The notes beneath the pieces were generated by a model. The model did not search any database. It had not been told where the DNA came from and saw only the letters and a list, made by a program, of their open reading frames with translations. The position numbers and the translations under genes are program-made. This document shows, in pieces, positions 45,701-46,115 of a stretch of DNA of 46,115 bases (the first letter of the stretch is position 1; each line of letters opens with the position of its first letter). This DNA is from Bacteroidales bacterium (GTDB lineage Bacteria; Bacteroidota; Bacteroidia; Bacteroidales; M50B96), in the NCBI GenBank assembly GCA_041584015.1, contig JBFHES010000003.1, positions 1-46,115 of the forward strand, written 5' to 3'.

Positions 45701-46115
45701 TATTGCCCCATACACCTATTGGTGGGGAGGCATTCAAGGAGGCTCTACATTAACGGGACTTCCGGCAGGCTCATACTCTATTAATGTTTATGATAACAAC
45801 GGTTGTAATGCTCAAGCAACCTTTACCATAAACGAACCTGCTCCTCTTCTCTTAAACTTGAATGTTACCGATGTCTCCTGCTTTGGTTTTGCAGATGGAT
45901 CAATAACTTCGAGTGTTAGTGGAGGCACTTCACCGTACGCATATCAATGGTCAACAGGCGGCATAGGAACTTCGATAAGTGGACTTACTATTGGTAATTA
46001 CACTTTGTTGATTACTGACGCGAATGGATGCACTGCAACTGCGACGGCTACTGTTTCGCAGCCAGCTGATTTAGTTGTAGCAGTTAATACAACCTCTGTA
46101 AGCTGTGCCGGCGGA
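39762..46115 (+). CDS. Giant secreted Cys-rich mosaic protein with SprB repeats (probable T9SS cargo/adhesin); truncated by the window edge
   Basis: ATG 39762 MKKLIAFLIAAFFALSSYAQ (SPI + Gln). One open frame of 2118 codons to the window end, absent from the track because it has no stop. Contains SprB-type units (C.G..DG.I...GG...Y.Y.WS...L..GTY.VTVTDANGC). Confidence 0.92.
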   Translation, partial: MKKLIAFLIAAFFALSSYAQVPDYLLPIEFPDPLGCNIPVVENGIPLMVVSTTIEDCSAGSCDYFKDFDQLWMWAARLSGDLSIIPVIHRIELDVYDNCGTGCTMAFLYDFVGLPIATASNTGVGIETLTLQPTTAQACSEFAVSSCEGAVLEVRIYMTGTTPLSIDGDVTYAGAPGECFGEIDLSISGGTPPYSILWSNTAVSEDLTSLCPGTYSVTVTDANNYNVDSFFDVFFDIELNPTLTHPTGAGLCDGAITITPTGGLPPYTYIWGDGWIFPNPTGLCEGTYNVTVTDATGYQVDSFFDIFFQSVNPPSTILPLNFPDPLGCNIPVIENGVQLTIVPTTAEDCTAGACSFAKDPGQLWLWPGRLVGDLSLMPPIEKVEIDIVDYCGIGCTMAYLYDMSGMIIASDMNAATGSQTLILMPSSPIQASQFAVSSCEGVITEVRIYTGLPQLSIQGVVSNASSASSCDGSVALTVMNGTPPYSFLWSNQSTMPDLMGVCPGTYSVTVIDAVGEMADSFFDVYFEISITGACCLPDGSCIAASESDCAAAGGTFEGLGTDCATVNCWSNTNDFSLALDQQGFPLTGGGSAYFDDPSYPSDFSGWYYYPNTNWWNIWFYDHPFDPSKHKIITIEFDLAYVNPGAPAYLDFAVNWSTPQWDPPLVDVPPLPTLVGPNEALYIMRPTLQLWNGSLEAGHHEFCYVIPDYCPEWVSIDVQGFNFNITNGIITHECVDAAPPSEGRCCYPDPTGVLICDENYECECTLLGGQWNPLLDCTTPCATVLGACCLQDNTCVEVEQNICSVLGGVYQGDNTTCSTTICSPIGRCCIPDPTGSPSSCMDITQQECLQMSGFWDATLDCTNDPCITPIGACCYTDGTCQDMDQASCLQNGGIYQGDATSCNSVTCSPSIDGACCMPDGTCINLDAVTCLQSGGNFQGIGTLCAQANCPPATESCCMPDGTCQDLTPADCANAGGVSGGIGTSCTSTVCPTIGACCLPNDACQNTTETQCLGLGGLYMGDGTDCATNPCPQENLFWITVNEAGLIDPDPLNSGGTEFFPSGTNGWVEYPSEWFNIWFYDHPFDDTRWKEIHVTFTVAAFNPQLPSEFIFAINWATPEWSLGPNATTGPPIPIFTPTLADEALYIERPALININGMLPTQFYDLCLYIPNYNPEWVSIDVMGSNFVIDNGYMYHACLPGPPPMIGSVSSSVIEICEGDCATPTALGGFTYEWSTGATTPGISVCPIANTTYTVTISDINGCMIIETVDVIVHPNPSVTLDCYNITCFGYNDGSINANASGGSPGYSFQWSNGGSGSTISGLPPATYTVTVTDAFGCTATASCNINEPSAITFPYISLVTPTCYGDQDGAISVTVNGGTPGYTYAWSSGATTQHLIGIGAGTYTLTVTDANGCTETATITLTEPSALNLSLVCKDITCFGDNDGSIVSNISGGTAGYSYSWTGGSTGSMLLGLAPGTYTVTATDARGCTATASCTISEPPLLTVNLTCTDISCHGYMDGTISVGASGGTGTLSYNWSSGHTTGTINNLGAGIYSVTVTDANGCTASASCNIIDPPLLVVSLICTDVSCYGYNDGQILALTSGGTAPLTYSWTPAGNFGTSLTGLAPGNYTIHVVDANGCTATASCTINEPPAININIQCTDASCYSYLDGSVVASANGGTGALNYSWSVPGVGGTTLNNVGAGTYTVTVTDSQGCTETASCTVNEPPLLSITAICFDISSSGANDGSVSTITNGGTPPYAYNWSIGNFNVPTINNLGPGVYTVTVTDANGCTASHSCTIFGGSTLNVIVACTPVSCYGYQDGSVLATPVGGVAPFSYAWSPGIGTAAFQSNLVAGTYVVTVTDGSGASAVGSCTVGSPAQVAISLNCSNILCQGDQDGSIVASVSGAINPVAYSWSSGQTTSTISNLAPGTYTLTVTDNNGCTATAQCTLTEPSALSLSVTTFDVLCHGDADGMANAIVNGGIAPYTYWWGGIQGGSTLTGLPAGSYSINVYDNNGCNAQATFTINEPAPLLLNLNVTDVSCFGFADGSITSSVSGGTSPYAYQWSTGGIGTSISGLTIGNYTLLITDANGCTATATATVSQPADLVVAVNTTSVSCAGG
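41355..42848 (+). repeat. Eight coding six-Cys GACC repeats (one isolated at 41355, seven tandem at 41985-42848)
   Basis: Unit G[AR]CC.PDG.C......C...GG...G.GT.C....C, about 40 aa. Confidence 0.85.
43590..46115 (+). repeat. Tandem coding SprB repeats: 11 complete plus 1 partial, ~225-nt period
   Basis: Unit starts CFGYNDG, CYGDQDG, CFGDNDG, CHGYMDG, CYGYNDG, CYSYLDG, SSGANDG, CYGYQDG, CQGDQDG, CHGDADG, CFGFADG, CAGG. Confidence 0.9.

Noticed and set aside
40756-45715. Eleven short ORFs listed in the track in this span
   Set aside because: All are off-frame or antisense shadows of the single giant ORF starting at 39762.
41985-46115. Periodic DNA as a CRISPR array or DGR template/variable repeats
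   Set aside because: The repeats are degenerate at the DNA level, in frame and conserved as protein. No identical direct repeats with spacers, no cas gene and no reverse transcriptase occur in the window.
1-46115. Mobile elements, prophage, defence genes, tRNA/rRNA
   Set aside because: No transposase, integrase, phage or recognisable defence ORFs, and no tRNA or rRNA signatures were seen. The remaining short nested ORFs in the track lie within well-supported genes.

Overview
This is an AT-rich chromosomal segment of a Bacteroidota bacterium, most likely a free-living Bacteroidales/Marinilabiliales type. The evidence is TAnnTTTG promoters, Gln after signal peptides, a TonB-dependent receptor/DUF4249 pair and SprB repeats. 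Housekeeping content: pyrBI, recG, a PtpA/DPP-IV-type S9B peptidase, zapB-zapA-6S RNA-rny running directly into a 7-gene surface-glycan cluster, an M23 peptidase, a tRNA m6A37 methyltransferase, acyl-CoA dehydrogenase-etfBA, an OMP-TBDR-DUF4249 trio, a cyclophilin and a rubrerythrin-like protein. No mobile element, CRISPR array, rRNA or tRNA was seen. The ORF track misses two real genes cut by the window edges: a minus-strand membrane protein (<1..602) and a >2118-aa secreted, very Cys-rich mosaic SprB-repeat protein (39762..>46115). The most unusual items are: (1) an in-frame SiaB kinase-SiaC substrate fusion lying tail-to-tail with a TerB/(FHA-like)-ABCG exporter; (2) a PPDK-derived ATP-grasp + phospho-His protein whose pyruvate domain is replaced by an unknown helical domain; (3) the giant mosaic surface protein, whose Cys co-variation can be read as a disulfide pattern; (4) a cytoplasmic GH16 pseudo-enzyme with a repeated helical N-terminus; (5) three candidate small non-coding transcripts. 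All family calls come from motif recognition by eye; no database searches were run.
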